From Heteronotia binoei (lineage: Eukaryota), in NCBI RefSeq assembly GCF_032191835.1, contig NC_083242.1:496001-560000 (forward strand): a DNA stretch of 64,000 nt, in the 5' to 3' direction. Each line of letters begins with the position of its first letter. Position 1 is the first letter of the stretch. Below the pieces are notes generated by a model that was not told where the DNA came from, ran no database searches, and saw nothing but the letters and a program-made list of their open reading frames with translations. Positions 34,101-46,400 of this stretch are shown here, in pieces. Both the position numbers and the translations under genes were made by a program.

Positions 34101-37100
34101 GTGCCCACCACCGCCTTGCACAACCCAAGTGCCCGAGCAAGGCGGTCATTTGCCTGCAGAATCTCGGCTGCGGGAGCAGACAGAGAGAGAGAGAGAGAGA
34201 GAGGAGTGACCCCACCCCCCACCTGCCAGCTCAGTTCATAAACGGGCACCTCAGAAAGCCAACGCTTTGCCCTACGTAGCGAGCCTGGCTTCCTCAGAGG
34301 CTTCCCAAGAGAAGCATTTGCAAATGGAGTTCAGTCTGGGCAGGGACTTCTTGGTTGTGGGGCCAGGTCTGACTCATGGGGCTTCCTCTTGGCCACTTCC
34401 CAGCCCCCCCCGCCCCCGGCTACCCAAAGCCGCCTCGTCCTCCAGAGTCTCGCTGGCCACGCGGAACAGCAGGGGCTTCAGCTTCTCACACTTGGCCTGC
34501 AGGTCCTGAGGAAGGAGAGAGCCAAAGAAGAAGAAGTCCCGCCTCCCCGAAAACAGAAGCCACCCAACCACAGAGCCAGGCAAAATGCAGCTTCCTAGAG
34601 CGGCAAGGGGCTTCGGTGGCCACCCACTCAGCAGCAGCCTCTCCCCCAGGCCATGCACAGGGGCCACTCCCCAGCAGGGAAGAAGGCTCTGCATGCAGGA
34701 GCTATGCTACCAGCACCCCAGAGGGTCTACCTGAAGGTCTTGCCACTCAGCATGGGTCACGCCGCCCCCCTTGCCTTGTGCAGGACAGCGGCTCAGCATC
34801 TCCTCCAGGGCCTTGCCATGGCTGTGGGCTTCCTTGAGGGCGTTTGTGCGTCGGGTCACCTTCGCTGATTTCTCCTGCTCCTGGAAGAGCCCTGCAGGCT
34901 TAGGTGGCTCCCCAGGGAAAACCCAGGGCGGTGGGGGGGGGGGAGTCCAAGGGGGAGACCCACCTCTTTGATCAGCCCCTTGATCAGGCGGTTGGCGGCC
35001 TGCAGGTCTTCCGGGTTCTTGCTCTGGAGGAGCCTCACCAGCCTCTGCACCAAAGAGGGAGCGAAGTGAGCCCAGGGCCACGGGGGAATGCCAGCCCTGC
35101 AGCAGACGGGCACGCGGCCACACCCTTCCTAGCCCCCCAAAAAAACTTTTATCAGCAAGCGGATGAGTGCCTTTCTGCCGCCCCCAGAAGATCGGAGAGA
35201 ACCAGAGAGGATTGTGAGGAACTCCAAAGGGATCTGTTGAGGCTCGGCGAGTGGGCGTCAACGTGGCAGATGAGGTTCAATGTGGCCAAGTGCAAAGTAA
35301 TGCACATTGGGGCCAAGAATCCCAGCTACAAATACAAGTTGATGGGGTGTGAACTGGCAGAGACTGACCAAGAGAGAGATCTTGGGGTCATGGTAAATAA
35401 CTCACTGAAAATGTCAAGACAGTGTGAAATTGCAATAAAGAAGGCCAACGCCAAGCTGAGAATTATTAGGAAGGGAATTGAAAACAAATCAGCCAGTATC
35501 ATAATGCCCCTGTATAAATTGATGGTGCGGTCTCATCTGGAGTACTGTGTGCAGTTCTGGTCGCCGCACCTCAAAAAGGATATTATAGCATTGGAGAAAG
35601 TGCAGAGAAGGGCAACTAGAATTATTAAAGGGCTGGAGCACTTTCCCTATGAAGAAAGGTTGAAACGGTTGGGGCTCTTTAGCTTGGAGAAATGTCAACT
35701 GTGGGGTGACACGATAGAGGTTTACAAGATAATGCATGGGATGGTGAAAGTAGAGAAAGAAGTACTTTTCTCCCTTTCTCACAATACAAGAACTCGTGGG
35801 CATTCAATGAAATTGCTGAGCAGACAGGTTAAAACGGATAAAAGGAAGTCCTTCTTCACCCAAAGGGTGATTAACATGTGGAATTCACTGCCACAGGAGG
35901 TGGTGGCAGCTACAAGCAAAGCCAGCTTCAAGAGGGGGTTAGATAAAAATATGGAGCAGAGGTCCATCAGTGGCTATTAGCCACAGTGTGTGTGTGTATA
36001 TATATAAAAACTTTTGGCCACTGTGTGACACAGAGTGTTGGACTGGATGGGCCATTGGCCTGATTCTCTCATGTTCTTATCAGACCAGAACCTGCAGGTA
36101 GAAATTAAATCTATCTAAAGTTTCCATCTAAACATTAGGAATAATGACCCCCGTCCCTCTGAAAACCCCCACAGGGCCCTGGAAGGCTCTGGAAAGGCTT
36201 CTGCCCCCCCCCCCCCCCGCAGGTTTACCTGGGACTTCTCATCCTCAGCATCAAAGATGGAGCCCGCCGGTCTCGGAGGGGGCGGCACAATCCTGTCTTC
36301 CAGGAGTCTGGGGTCCTGCCTCACAATTCCTAGAGGGCACCAGAAGGGGCTGTTGGTTGCTGCCCTCCGGGACTGGGTGCCCCCCTCCCCCCAAAAAACC
36401 TGCAGCTCTGTCAAAGGGGCTTTTGAGAAGGAGCCTGCAGTGGGGCACCCGGGGGGGGCATTCCCAAAGCAGCAGTAGCAGAGAGCTGGGCAGGGCAACC
36501 AGCCTGCGAGCCCATCAGCCCGGAGCCAGCTAGACTAAACAGGCAATTTCCCCCCTCCTGCAGGCACCGTTCCTTTGCATTCACAGGAAAAGAAAGAGGG
36601 GAAATGCTCCGTGTTCTGCATTAAGCGCATGCAGCTGAAATGCGTCCCTAGATTTCCCTTCCATAATCCCCAGAGCCCAGGGGCACAAGGCCTGAGCTGA
36701 GCAGCTGATGCCCTCCCCCCCCCCCCCCGCCGCCACACCAGGAAAGGGCCCGCCAGAAGCTCAGGCTGGTGACTTGGGGGGGGGGGGGCACGTGATTCTG
36801 AGAAGGCTGGGCGGGAAACCTCGTTTCTTCAGCATCTGGTAAGCGTCGCGGATTTTCACTTCCTGAGGAAACCACACAGTCCAGCTGAAGAGGTTCTGGA
36901 TGATCCGAGACTTGACGCTTTCCGCCGACCACTCGCCCAGGTACTGGAAAGCCCGAAGCAGAGAGCAGCAGAGTCAGCCTGGGCCCCTCCCTCTCTGCAG
37001 GGCACCCTCAACACGGGGCGCAAAAGACGCAGGAGAACTGGCAGCCTTCATGAGGCTCTTCAAGACTCCTTTTCTAAAAACAGAAGCTCTCTCCCCCCGC

Positions 37101-39401
37101 CCCACCATTTCTACCTGGCCCTGCAAGGTTTGAGGAAGGTGTTTTTGGAGGGAGGGAAGGGACGGTGGCTCAGTGGTAGAGCATCTGCTTGGGAAGCAGA
37201 AGGTCCCAGGTTCAATCCCTGGCATCTCCAAAAAAGGGTCCAGGCAAATAGGTGTGAAAAACCTCAGCTTGAGACCCTGGAGAGCCGCTGCCAGTCTGAG
37301 AAGACTATACTGACTTTGATGGACCAAAGGTCTGATTCAGTAGAGGGCAGCTTCATATGTTCAACCCCACCACCTTCTGCCAAGAATACCTGGATTCCTC
37401 CCCCCCACCCCCATGGCTGGAGCCATCCCCCTCCCCCTCTTCAGGCTCCTGGTCTTTCTCTTCCTCCCACCTTGGGAGACAGGACCTTGATGAGGCTGTT
37501 GAGAAACCGGAACTTCCCCATTTCGATGTGGAAATTTTCCCCACAGTTATCCACACACATCTCCAGGACCTGCAGGTGGGGAGAAAACCCCTCAGGGTGG
37601 CCCTCTGTGGGGAGCCCTGCTCCTTCTGCCGCACGGGGGTGGGGTGGGGGGCAGATCCCTTCTCAGGACCCCCCATAGGAAGCGCCCCAGATGAGAGACC
37701 CCACAGTCAGCTTAGCATGAGGCACCTCAGACTGACCTGTAAGAGGCTGCTTCTGGGAGGAGCAGAGACAAAAAAACACCCCCCCACACAACTGTGACTA
37801 CATCAGAGCTGCCCCCAGCTTAGGCCCCAATCCGACAGGGCAGGGTGACCGGTGCAGGGCAGGGCAGGGCAAGGGAGTCCAGTTGGGGGACTTGATGCAT
37901 CCAAAGACCTGACCCAAGCGTGAGCCCCGCCGGCAGAGCACTTGGGGGCACAGAGGAAAGTGCTAGAACTGTAGCCAAGCTGGGGCCACAGCCCTGCTGG
38001 ACCGGACTAGCAGGAGCCCTCTGATCCCCCACACTGCTTCACACACCGGCCTGCAAGCTGGGCACACACACACACACACCCCTCCCAAGGATGCTGGCCA
38101 CACCCTCTCCCACCCTCTCAAGCAAGCCTCAGTCCCGGGGGGGGGGGGGCACCTACTGTCAGGGCGTGCAGGGCTTCTGCCTCCTGGGGGGACTGGATCT
38201 TGTGTTCCAACAGCCTCAGAGCGACGCAGGGCCTGGGGGCGGCAAGAGGAGGGGTGCAATGAACATTGACATCTTGGTGGTGTTCACAGCAGCGGGCCAC
38301 CGGCAGGCCTCAAGAGGGGCAGAGGCTGAAGCCCAGCTCCCTGGTTCCACCCTATGGGGCCCTCTGTCCCCCCCCCCCAAATCTCAGGGGACTCCTGCTG
38401 CAGGGCACTCAGGCTATGCTCAGAAGCACTCTTTGCCGCCTGCATTATTGCTGGCCCTTGAATGCCAGCTCTGCAGCTGAACTGCCCCCCCCCCTCAACT
38501 GATGTCACACTTTCTTACCCTTCCGCATCTGCATTGACCTGGTCGCAAAACCTCTGGATGCCTTCCCAGTCGGGCTTGGTCTTACTGGGGTCCGTGGCTG
38601 TGTCTGTCGAGGGCAGAAGACCCAGGAGTCAGATGGAGCCAGGCCAGACCCACGGAGAGCTGCCCCCACCCCAAGCAGCCTCAGAAGAGCAAAGGGTGAC
38701 CAAGCGCCATGCAAATCCTCTGCCGGAGGAGTCAGGGGAAGTGGGGCATTCCCCTTGGAAGCAGGGGGGGGGGCTGGAGACTGCTCAGAACCCCCCACTG
38801 GGGAAGTTCACACCCCCAGAGCCGCCTCCTCCCCGTGTCCTGTGGGTCAGCCGGCTTCAGGCTTCGTCGGGGCTCCGGCAGGCTGTGAGCAGCAGGCCCT
38901 CCTGGGGGTGGGGGTGGGCGGATCCCTGGACATAATGAAGGCCCTTGTGACCGTTCTGCATTGCGCAGAGGGTTGGTCTAGATGACCCCGAGGGCCCCTT
39001 CCAACTCTTAGGATTCCAGGAACTTCCCAGGAGTCAAAGCAGAAACACCCCCGGCCGCCTTTGTGCAGGGCAGTGCAGGGCATGGCCCCGCGAGGGCCGG
39101 AGGAGCAAGCCGAAGCGGCCCGGGACGCCCAGGCGGGGCAGAGACCTCGGGGGTCTAGTCTGCCCGCAGGAAGGCGGGACCGGGGGCTGGCCGGAGCGGC
39201 CCCCCCCCACCCCAGGCGGCCTCTGCTGTCTGCCCCCCTGCAGGGAGGGAAGGAGGGGGGTCCCCGTAGCTCGCCTCCCCCCCAGCGCGGGCCGCTGGCA
39301 GCCCGGAACGTGGGAAGGCGCCGCCCGGGAGGACGCGTGTCTTCTCCCCTCCCTCGCCACTCACGCAGCAGCAGCTCCAGCGGCCCCGCCGCCCCCGCCA
39401 T
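31177..39401 (-). CDS. GGA2: ADP-ribosylation factor-binding protein GGA2 (VHS-GAT-hinge-GAE), 15 exons, 536 aa
   Basis: complement join(39365..39401,38519..38603,38157..38232,37471..37569,36820..36943,36229..36329,34964..35044,34731..34880,34424..34505,34063..34167,33820..33978,32806..32925,32478..32647,31601..31711,31177..31287) = 1611 nt in frame. [30 protein letters not shown] (GGA2-type), [37 protein letters not shown]. Hinge exons least certain. Confidence 0.92.
31880..32280 (+). mobile_element. Squam3-like SINE with a 2-unit duplication using a different junction
   Basis: Two B-boxes; junction CAGCCATAGC|GGTTAAGTGTGCAGACTC re-enters in the A-box region; tail ends (TCT)n ~32280. Confidence 0.8.
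33105..33625 (-). mobile_element. CR1 LINE 3' fragment (ORF2 C-terminus + UTR) in GGA2 hinge intron
   Basis: [55 protein letters not shown]; terminal GGACTAGATGACC...CCCTTCCACCTCTAGGATTCT. Confidence 0.9.
35195..36080 (+). mobile_element. Young 5'-truncated CR1 LINE (uninterrupted ORF2 C-terminal ~260 codons)
   Basis: [35 protein letters not shown]...[27 protein letters not shown]...RSISGY* (stop 35980), then (GT)n(AT)n, hairpin and TTCTTAT tail. Confidence 0.93.
37150..37340 (+). mobile_element. Single full tRNA-Ala-like SINE (monomer of the 27600-29072 array family)
   Basis: GGGACGGTGGCTCAGTGGTAGAGCATCTGCTTGGGAAGCAGAAGGTCCCAGGTTCAATCCCTGGCATCTCCA followed by the family body. Confidence 0.85.
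38935..39032 (+). mobile_element. CR1 extreme 3' end
   Basis: GGTTGGTCTAGATGACCCCGAGGGCCCCTTCCAACTCTTAGGATTCC, homologous to the end of the 33105-33625 copy. Confidence 0.7.
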
Positions 39402-39620
39402 GGCCCCGCACACCCTCCGGCCGCGGCCGCCCCAACCAGGAAGCCGCCCCGGCCCGGCCCGCCCCTTCGGGGCAGCAGCCACGTGAGGAGGAGGAGGAGG
39501 AGCGGCCCGGACGCCGCCCCCCCCCCCAGCCCCTGCTCTGGCCTTGGCCCGGGATGGGCAAGTCCCGTCCAAGAAACCTCTGGGGGCTTCGGGGGTGGGA
39601 CCACGCCCCCTCGAAAGGCC
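39400..39620 (-). promoter_or_regulatory. GGA2 CpG-island promoter
   Basis: CpG/GC-box-rich stretch directly upstream of the ATG at 39401. Confidence 0.6.
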
Positions 39621-40223
39621 TCCCCCCAGCTGGGATAGTGAAGGGTGCAGGCCCATAGAACTCCTCCCCCACCCCTCTTGAAACTTTGGGGGGGGGTATT
39701 TTGGGGAGAGGCACTGGATGCCAGGCTGCAAAGCTGGTGCCTCCCAAAACAGCCTCCCCAAGGCTGCAGCCCTCCAGCTCCAGCACTGCTCTCCCCCCCC
39801 CCCCCGCCCCAGAGGGGGCAACTCTGGCTGAGCCTCTGAAGCCCTTTCCTGGAAGGGCAGGCCTGCTGGACAGCACCTGGGGGGGGGGGGGGGGGCAGGC
39901 AGTGAACTGCTGCTCTTGGGGTTTGCCACACAGGAGACCAGCCCAGTTGTGGGGGGGGGGGGGGAGGACCCTGTCTTTTCCCACCGTTTGTCTTTCCCAA
40001 GCAGAATTAGTGGGGTAGAAAAACAGGAAGCCCAAGAGGGAGGAGGTGGAACAGCATCGGGGCAGAGCCCAGTCCCCCTCTTCCCTAACCCCACAGCCCA
40101 AGGCCAGGCTCAAAACCTTCTCCCCCCCCACCCCCATTTGGCCTCTTCACCTGTGGCCTCCTGTCCCCACCCTCCCTGCAGAGAGGGACCACCAAACCCG
40201 GCCACATTATATTGAGTCTACTT

Positions 40224-40229
40224 TTTATT
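40224..40229 (-). terminator. EARS2 polyadenylation signal AATAAA
   Basis: TTTATT on + strand ~215 nt past the stop, ~800 nt before the GGA2 start codon. Confidence 0.65.
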
Positions 40230-40444
40230 ACAGCCGCATCAGGCTAAAAATGGAACCAACAACCCAGGAGATTGTATGAAGTAACGGTTTCTTCCAGTTC
40301 TGAAATCCAGCACCCCTTCTTGCAGGATGTGTCCAGCTCCACCACAACAGCTCGCAAGAGTTGCCAACGTCTTTGAGCATCACAGGACTGCCCCCCCGAG
40401 AGAGAGAGCAGGGTCTGCTGTGTCTCCTTCCCCCAAAGGACGGG

Positions 40445-43400
40445 TCAGCTGCACAAGGCTCTTCGGATCCGTGTCCGCGTCTCTCTGTGTCCCAAGGAGA
40501 CCATCATTTCGGCAATGCTGGGTCCTTGCTAAAACAGACCAGGGTTTTTTTTAATTTTTTTTAATTTATCTTATTTGATTTATATCCCGCCCTAACCCAC
40601 CGAAGCGGGCTCAGAGCGGCTTACAACACAGAGATTCTAACAATAAAATTCAAATTTTAAATACAATAACAATTTATATAATTAAGAGATTAAAACATTA
40701 AAATACATTAAAATCAGTACATCAATCCAGCACTACGCTATCTATCAACTTCCTTCAGTATTTTGGTAGTTTTGGTGGGTTTGGTGCCGGTCAGTTATAG
40801 CCCAACCGGAAGAGGACTGTCTTAGAGGCCAATATCCCGCAGGGCCTTGACCTCTTCCGGTAACTGGTTCCACCAGCAAGGGGCTGTTATTGAGAAGGCC
40901 CTGTCCCTGGTTGACTTCAACCAGGCCTCCTTTGGCCCGGGGATTACGAGCAGATTTTGGGAGCCAGAACGCAGTACTCTCTGGGGAACATATGGGAAGA
41001 GACGGCCCCTAAGGTAGGCAGGTCCTAGACCATATAGGGCTTTAAAGGTAATAACCAGCACCTTGTACCGGACTCGGTATATTACTGGCAGCCAGTGCAG
41101 TCTCCGGAGGCCCGGCTGAATGTGCTCCCATCTAGAGAGCCCTAGTAGCAGCCGAGCGGCGGGGTTTTGCACTAGCTGCAACTTCCGGGTTCGACACAGG
41201 GGCAGCCCCATGTAGAGGGCATTACAGTAATCCAACCTTGAGGTGACCGTTGCATGGATCACTGTTGCTAGATCGTCCCGCTCCAGGAAGGGAGCCAACT
41301 GCCTCGCCCGCCGAAGATGAAAAAAAGCGGACTTAGCAGTGGCTGCTACCTGGGCCTCCATAGTTAAGGCAGGCTCAAGTAGTACCCCCAAGCTCCTGAC
41401 TCTGTGCACCATTGTCAGTGGCACACCGTCAGGGGCTGGAAGGGGAATTTCCCCCCCCAGACCGCGGCGACCCAAGCAAAGGTCCTCTGTCTTCGCTGGA
41501 TTTAGTTTCAGCCTACTCAGCCTAAGCCATCTAGCCACGGCTTGTAATGCCCGGTCCAGGTTTTCTGGGACACAGTCGGGCCGGCCGTCCATGAGTAGAT
41601 AGAGCTGGGTGTCATCAGCGTACTGGTGGCAACCCAGCCCATGCCTCCGGGCAATCTGGGCAAGGGGGCGCATGTAGATGTTGAACAACATTGGGGAAAG
41701 AACTGCCCCCTGAGGCACCCCACAATCCAGCACGTGCCTCTGGGACAGCTCACCCCCAATTGCCACCCTTTGTCCCCGACCATCAAGGAACGAGGAGAGT
41801 CACTGTAAGGCCAACCCCTGAATCCCCACGTCGGTGAGATGGCAAGTCAGCAGCCGGTGGTCGACCGTATCGAACGCCGCCGATAGGTCCAACAACACCA
41901 GCACCGCCGAGCCGCCTCGATCCAGATGCCGCTGGAGGTCATCCATCAGAGCGACCAGCACCGTCTCCGTCCCATGACCTGGACGGAAACCGGACTGATG
42001 GGGGTCGAGAACGGAAGCATCCTCCAGAAAACTCTGCAACTGCAACGCCACTGCCCTCTCAATGAGTTTACCCAAAAAGGGTAAATTCGAAACCAGCCGA
42101 TAGTGTGTCAATTCGGCCGGGTCTAGAGTTGGTTTCTTCAGTAGAGGGCGGACCACAGCCTCTTTTAGAGGTGCTGGAAAATGCCCTTCCATCAGGGATC
42201 TGTTTATGATATCCCGTACAGGATATCTGAGCTCCCTCTGGCAAGCTTTAACAAGCCAGGAGGGGCAGGGGTCCAGATTACAAGTTGTAGGGCGAGCAGA
42301 TGCGAGAATCCTGTCAACTTCCTCCAGACTGAGAGCGCTGAAACCATCCCGGACACACTCTGAAGACAGGCACGGAGCCTCAGGTTCCCATACTGTCTCC
42401 AATATGGTGGGAACGTCGTGGCGGAGCGATGCGACCTTATCTGCAAAAAAGTTCGCAAAAGCCTCACAGCCAATCTCCAATTCTTTAGAATTTGGTCTGC
42501 CTTGTGGCAGAGTTATAAGGGTCCGAATTGTATTGAACAGTTGTGCCGGGTGCGAAGTTGCAGATGCAATCTTAGCCGCAAAGTATGTTTTCTTTGTGGC
42601 CTTGACTGCCATCTCATAGGACTTCATTAGGGTTAGTGTGTGGGCAGGGGGCTTTCTTATGCCGGAGAACCAGGGGCCTGGCTGACTTTCCAGGCAGCCT
42701 TCACAGCAGTGCCCATGAGAGGCCGCTCACTCTCATGCGCCCAGGACTGGAAAGATGGCACAGCCCAGATCTGGGCACACCTTCCGAGCACGCTTTTGGT
42801 TACCTAATTTCCACCCAAAGAGGCAGTTACTCAAACACAGCCCAGGCCAACCGTGACCGTGGCCCCACTCGAGCGCAGCTCACAGTGTGGTCGGTCGCTT
42901 CAGGCAGGGAAGGTCTGGGCCAGATCCTCACCTGCTGGCCACTCAGGGCCACACGGAGGAGCTTCATCATGGCGCTGTACTTGGTGGCTTGAACCCGCTC
43001 CGGCAGCTGCCGCAGCTCTCGGCCAAGCTCCTCAATGGTCAGGGTGGCAACCGGCTGATCTAGCAACCTTCGGGAGAGAAAGCACATGCCGTTCACCACA
43101 AGGCAGCGCCCAGCCTCATGCGGGCAAATGGAACAGTCGCCAGGTGAGGGGGAGGGGGCTGTGCCACGGCAAGGAGCACTGTGAGAGAACCCCCTTCTCA
43201 GAAAGGGGGGGGGGCTGCACCAACTCACTCCAGGACCAGTCGGCCTATCTCCTCTGCCTCCGGGGAAATGGCTTGCAGCTCCTCGTGAGACACCATGGGC
43301 CGGATCCACAGGAAAGCGTGTTGGGGGGACACCAGATCCCGGAGACGGCTGATGTGACCCTGGTAGAGGAAGGACAGGCAGCCTTTTGGAGACTGGGGGC

Positions 43401-46400
43401 GCCTTTGGAATTCTGACACAGGGCGGTGAGCCAAAATGGCTGCCATGGGAGGCGGAGCCAGCCACAAAATGGCTGCCACAGGAGGGGGAGCCAATCACTA
43501 AAGATCAGGGACTGAGGATCTCTGTAACTTTTGCTGCGCCTCTTTGACACTCCAGGCAGTAGCTCTGCTTAACAGCAGGCCTTAAATCAATGGAGGACTT
43601 TAAAGCGTTTCCTTGCTTACACACAGTGGCTCTTCAGTCATCATGCAAAGGGGATCCTTGGGCTGCAGTGACAGCTGCTGCCCAAAGCCATGGTGGATGG
43701 GTTTTTTTAACGTGCACAGCCAATGAGAAGCCCTGCTGGGCAAAAAGCAACACCTGGCCCCACCCACTTAAAAAAAAAATCTGCCAGATGCCAAAGAAAG
43801 TTTGTGAGGAGTCCTGCAGTAGACCGAGAGTCCAGAGAGAGTCTGAGCAGGGGAAGTGCTTGTCCAGCAGAGGGGATCCCCCCCACGGCAGCCTGCAGGG
43901 TGCTCGGGCCAATGGGGAGGTGAAGGCAGAACCCAGACAGCCTTCGGCAGAGCCCCCAGCCCTTCCCCGATCCGACTTACCCTCCTCAGCAGAAGCACCT
44001 GCTCTACGTAAGCCTTCTCGAGAACCCCTCTGTCCACCAGCTGCTCCCCAAAGGCCCGCTCCACAGACGCCTGCACTTCCGCCACCAAAGCCGGCCGTCT
44101 CCTCTCGTCCCGGATCTGCTGGGCCAGGTGGATTCTGGGTAATCACAGAGCCCGCCGGAACCTCAGTAATCCCAGGCTGACACGGCCAAACATATTCAGG
44201 AAATACTCTTCACCAGTGTTCCCTCTAAGCTGAGTTAGCGTGAGCTAGCTCACATATTTTTAGCCTCAGCTCACATCTTTTTGTCTTTGCTCTGGAAAAA
44301 TGGCCCCGGAGCACAATAACTTTAATGGCAGCAGCTCATGGAGGAGAATTTTTGCTCACAAGACTCCACAACTTAGAGGGAAGATTGCTCTTCACCCAAG
44401 GAGTCATTCACTGCTGCAGGAAGTGGTGGTGGCTACAAGCACAGACAGCTCTCAAGAGGGAATTGGAGAAACATCCGGAGCAGAAGTCTCTCAGTGGCTT
44501 TTAGCCTGAAGGTCTAGATGGAGCACTGTCTGGGGCAGGGATGCTCTGTATTCTTGGTGGGACAGCTTTTGGAGTTCTGGCCCCACTGGTGCACATGATG
44601 TCACCTGGTTTTGGGCCATTGTGTGACACAAAGTGTTGGACTGGATGGCCATTGGCCTGATCCAAGATGGCTTCTCTTATGGTCTTATGTCTGGGGCAGG
44701 GGTGCTCTGTCTTCTTGGAGCTTGGGGGGCAACAGTGGGAGGGCTTCTGGGCCTCCTGATGGCACCTGGGTTTGGGCAGCTGTGTGACACTGAGTGTGGG
44801 ACTGGATAGGTCATAGGCCTGATCCAACATGGCTTCTGTCAGGTTCTTAAGTAAGCAACCAAAAAGGCTTTAAAAACACGGCAGCAATATGAGATCCACA
44901 AGGATCATGAAGATAACTCAAGACGGCGTTCAGTGGGGCCAGTAGCAGCTCATTCACTGACTACCCCCCCCCCTCCCAAGCTGGGGTCCTGGCTGCTCTG
45001 GAAAGAGAACAGGGAAAGGAAATGAGGAGGGGGGCTTCCATGAAGGAGGAGGCTGCAGAAAAGGCAGGCTCCTATGGAGGAGGGCCGGTGGAACGGGGCC
45101 CTAAATCACAAAACACAGGAAGGCAGCCTGGAAGGTGATTTGAAGCTCATGCAGGCCACTCAGAATTAACGATGCGACAGGAGAGGTTTGCAACCTGCCC
45201 AGCACATCTGCTCTACCTGTTGAACTCGCCCAGCTTCTCCAGATCCAGGAGGGCAGAGTACTTCTCGATCCTGCCCACGTCGAACTCGGCCACCAGCTCC
45301 TCCAGCGTCCTTCCCATCCGGTTCTCTGGGGAGAAAGCAGCAAGTCCCCCGAGTTCCTTCAAGAGAACTTGCCATTCCAAGGGCAGCCTCTGAGGCCCAG
45401 CCTCCGCTGCTTGGGAGTGGACCGGAGAGAAGAGGCCACCACAGGCCGGAGGAGCAAGACGCCCTCTGCAAGCTCCAAGTGATCCACAGGCCACGCTCAG
45501 AGGAACCCGGCCCCTGTGGAAGAGGCTTCCTCCCCGCGGCCCTTCCTCTCCTGCAGAGAATTCCCACCTGCAAACCCCGAGCCACAGTTGGTAATGATGT
45601 CCAGCAGAGCTGCCGGCAAATAGCCATCCTGAGCCAAGTGCTCCACGAAGACGTGGCCCTGCCGCTTGGAGAGCTTGCTGCCGTCCGCGTTGAGGAGCAG
45701 GGGGAGGTGGGCGAAGCGAGGCGGGTCCCAGCCGAAGGCCCGGTACAGCAGCAGGTGCTTGGAGGTGGAGATCAGCCACTCCGCCCCACGCAGCACGTGG
45801 CTGATCCCCATGAGGTGGTCATCCACCACGTTCGCCAAGTGGTACGTGGGGAAGCCGTCGCTCTTCAGGATCACGGGGTCACCCTCCACACGGGCCACCT
45901 CGTGCTTGCTCCAGCCGTACACCAGGTCGTGGAAGGGCTCGGACCCCTCCTCCAGGCGGAAACGCACCACACAGTCGGCCCCCTGCGTGACCTTCTCAGC
46001 CACCTGCTTGGGGCTCAGGTGACGGCACCTGTTGTCATACCTGCAGGCCGAGAAATCGGCGGAGATGCTCAGACAGGACTGCGAGGGGCTGCACCACTTC
46101 CAGCCCCCTGGAGCAGCCTCAAAGCAGCTGGCACATGCTCCCCTGCAGCCCCCCCCCCCCCCCCAGGGACCCAGCTGGCTCACCCAAGACATTCTGCCAG
46201 GCCATAAGCCCTTACCGGGGTGTTTCCTGGTTCCGCAGCGCAGCCTTTTTCAGCAGCTCCAGGCGCTGAGGGGTGCAGAAGCAGCGGTAGGCGGCTCCCT
46301 TCTCCAGCAGCTGCTCAACGGCTTCTCTGTACAGCGGGAGCCTCTGAGACTGCAGGTAGGGGGCGGCAGGCCCGCCGCAGCGAGGGCTCTCATCTGGGGG

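Noticed and set aside
34904-35980. 358-aa ORF as a host gene
   Set aside because: It is CR1 ORF2 C-terminus fused by chance to antisense GGA2 intron/exon sequence.
33105-36080. Oppositely oriented CR1 fragments around GGA2 exons 7-11 as a dsRNA pair
   Set aside because: They belong to divergent subfamilies with different UTRs; pairing would be weak compared with the SINE arrays.
27600-37340. Bona fide tRNA genes
   Set aside because: All tRNA-like heads have broken acceptor stems and continue into a shared SINE body without a Pol III terminator.
42627-42636. TTAGGGTTAG telomere-like motif at the L2 5' junction
   Set aside because: Under two repeat units and overlapping the candidate TSD; chance is sufficient.
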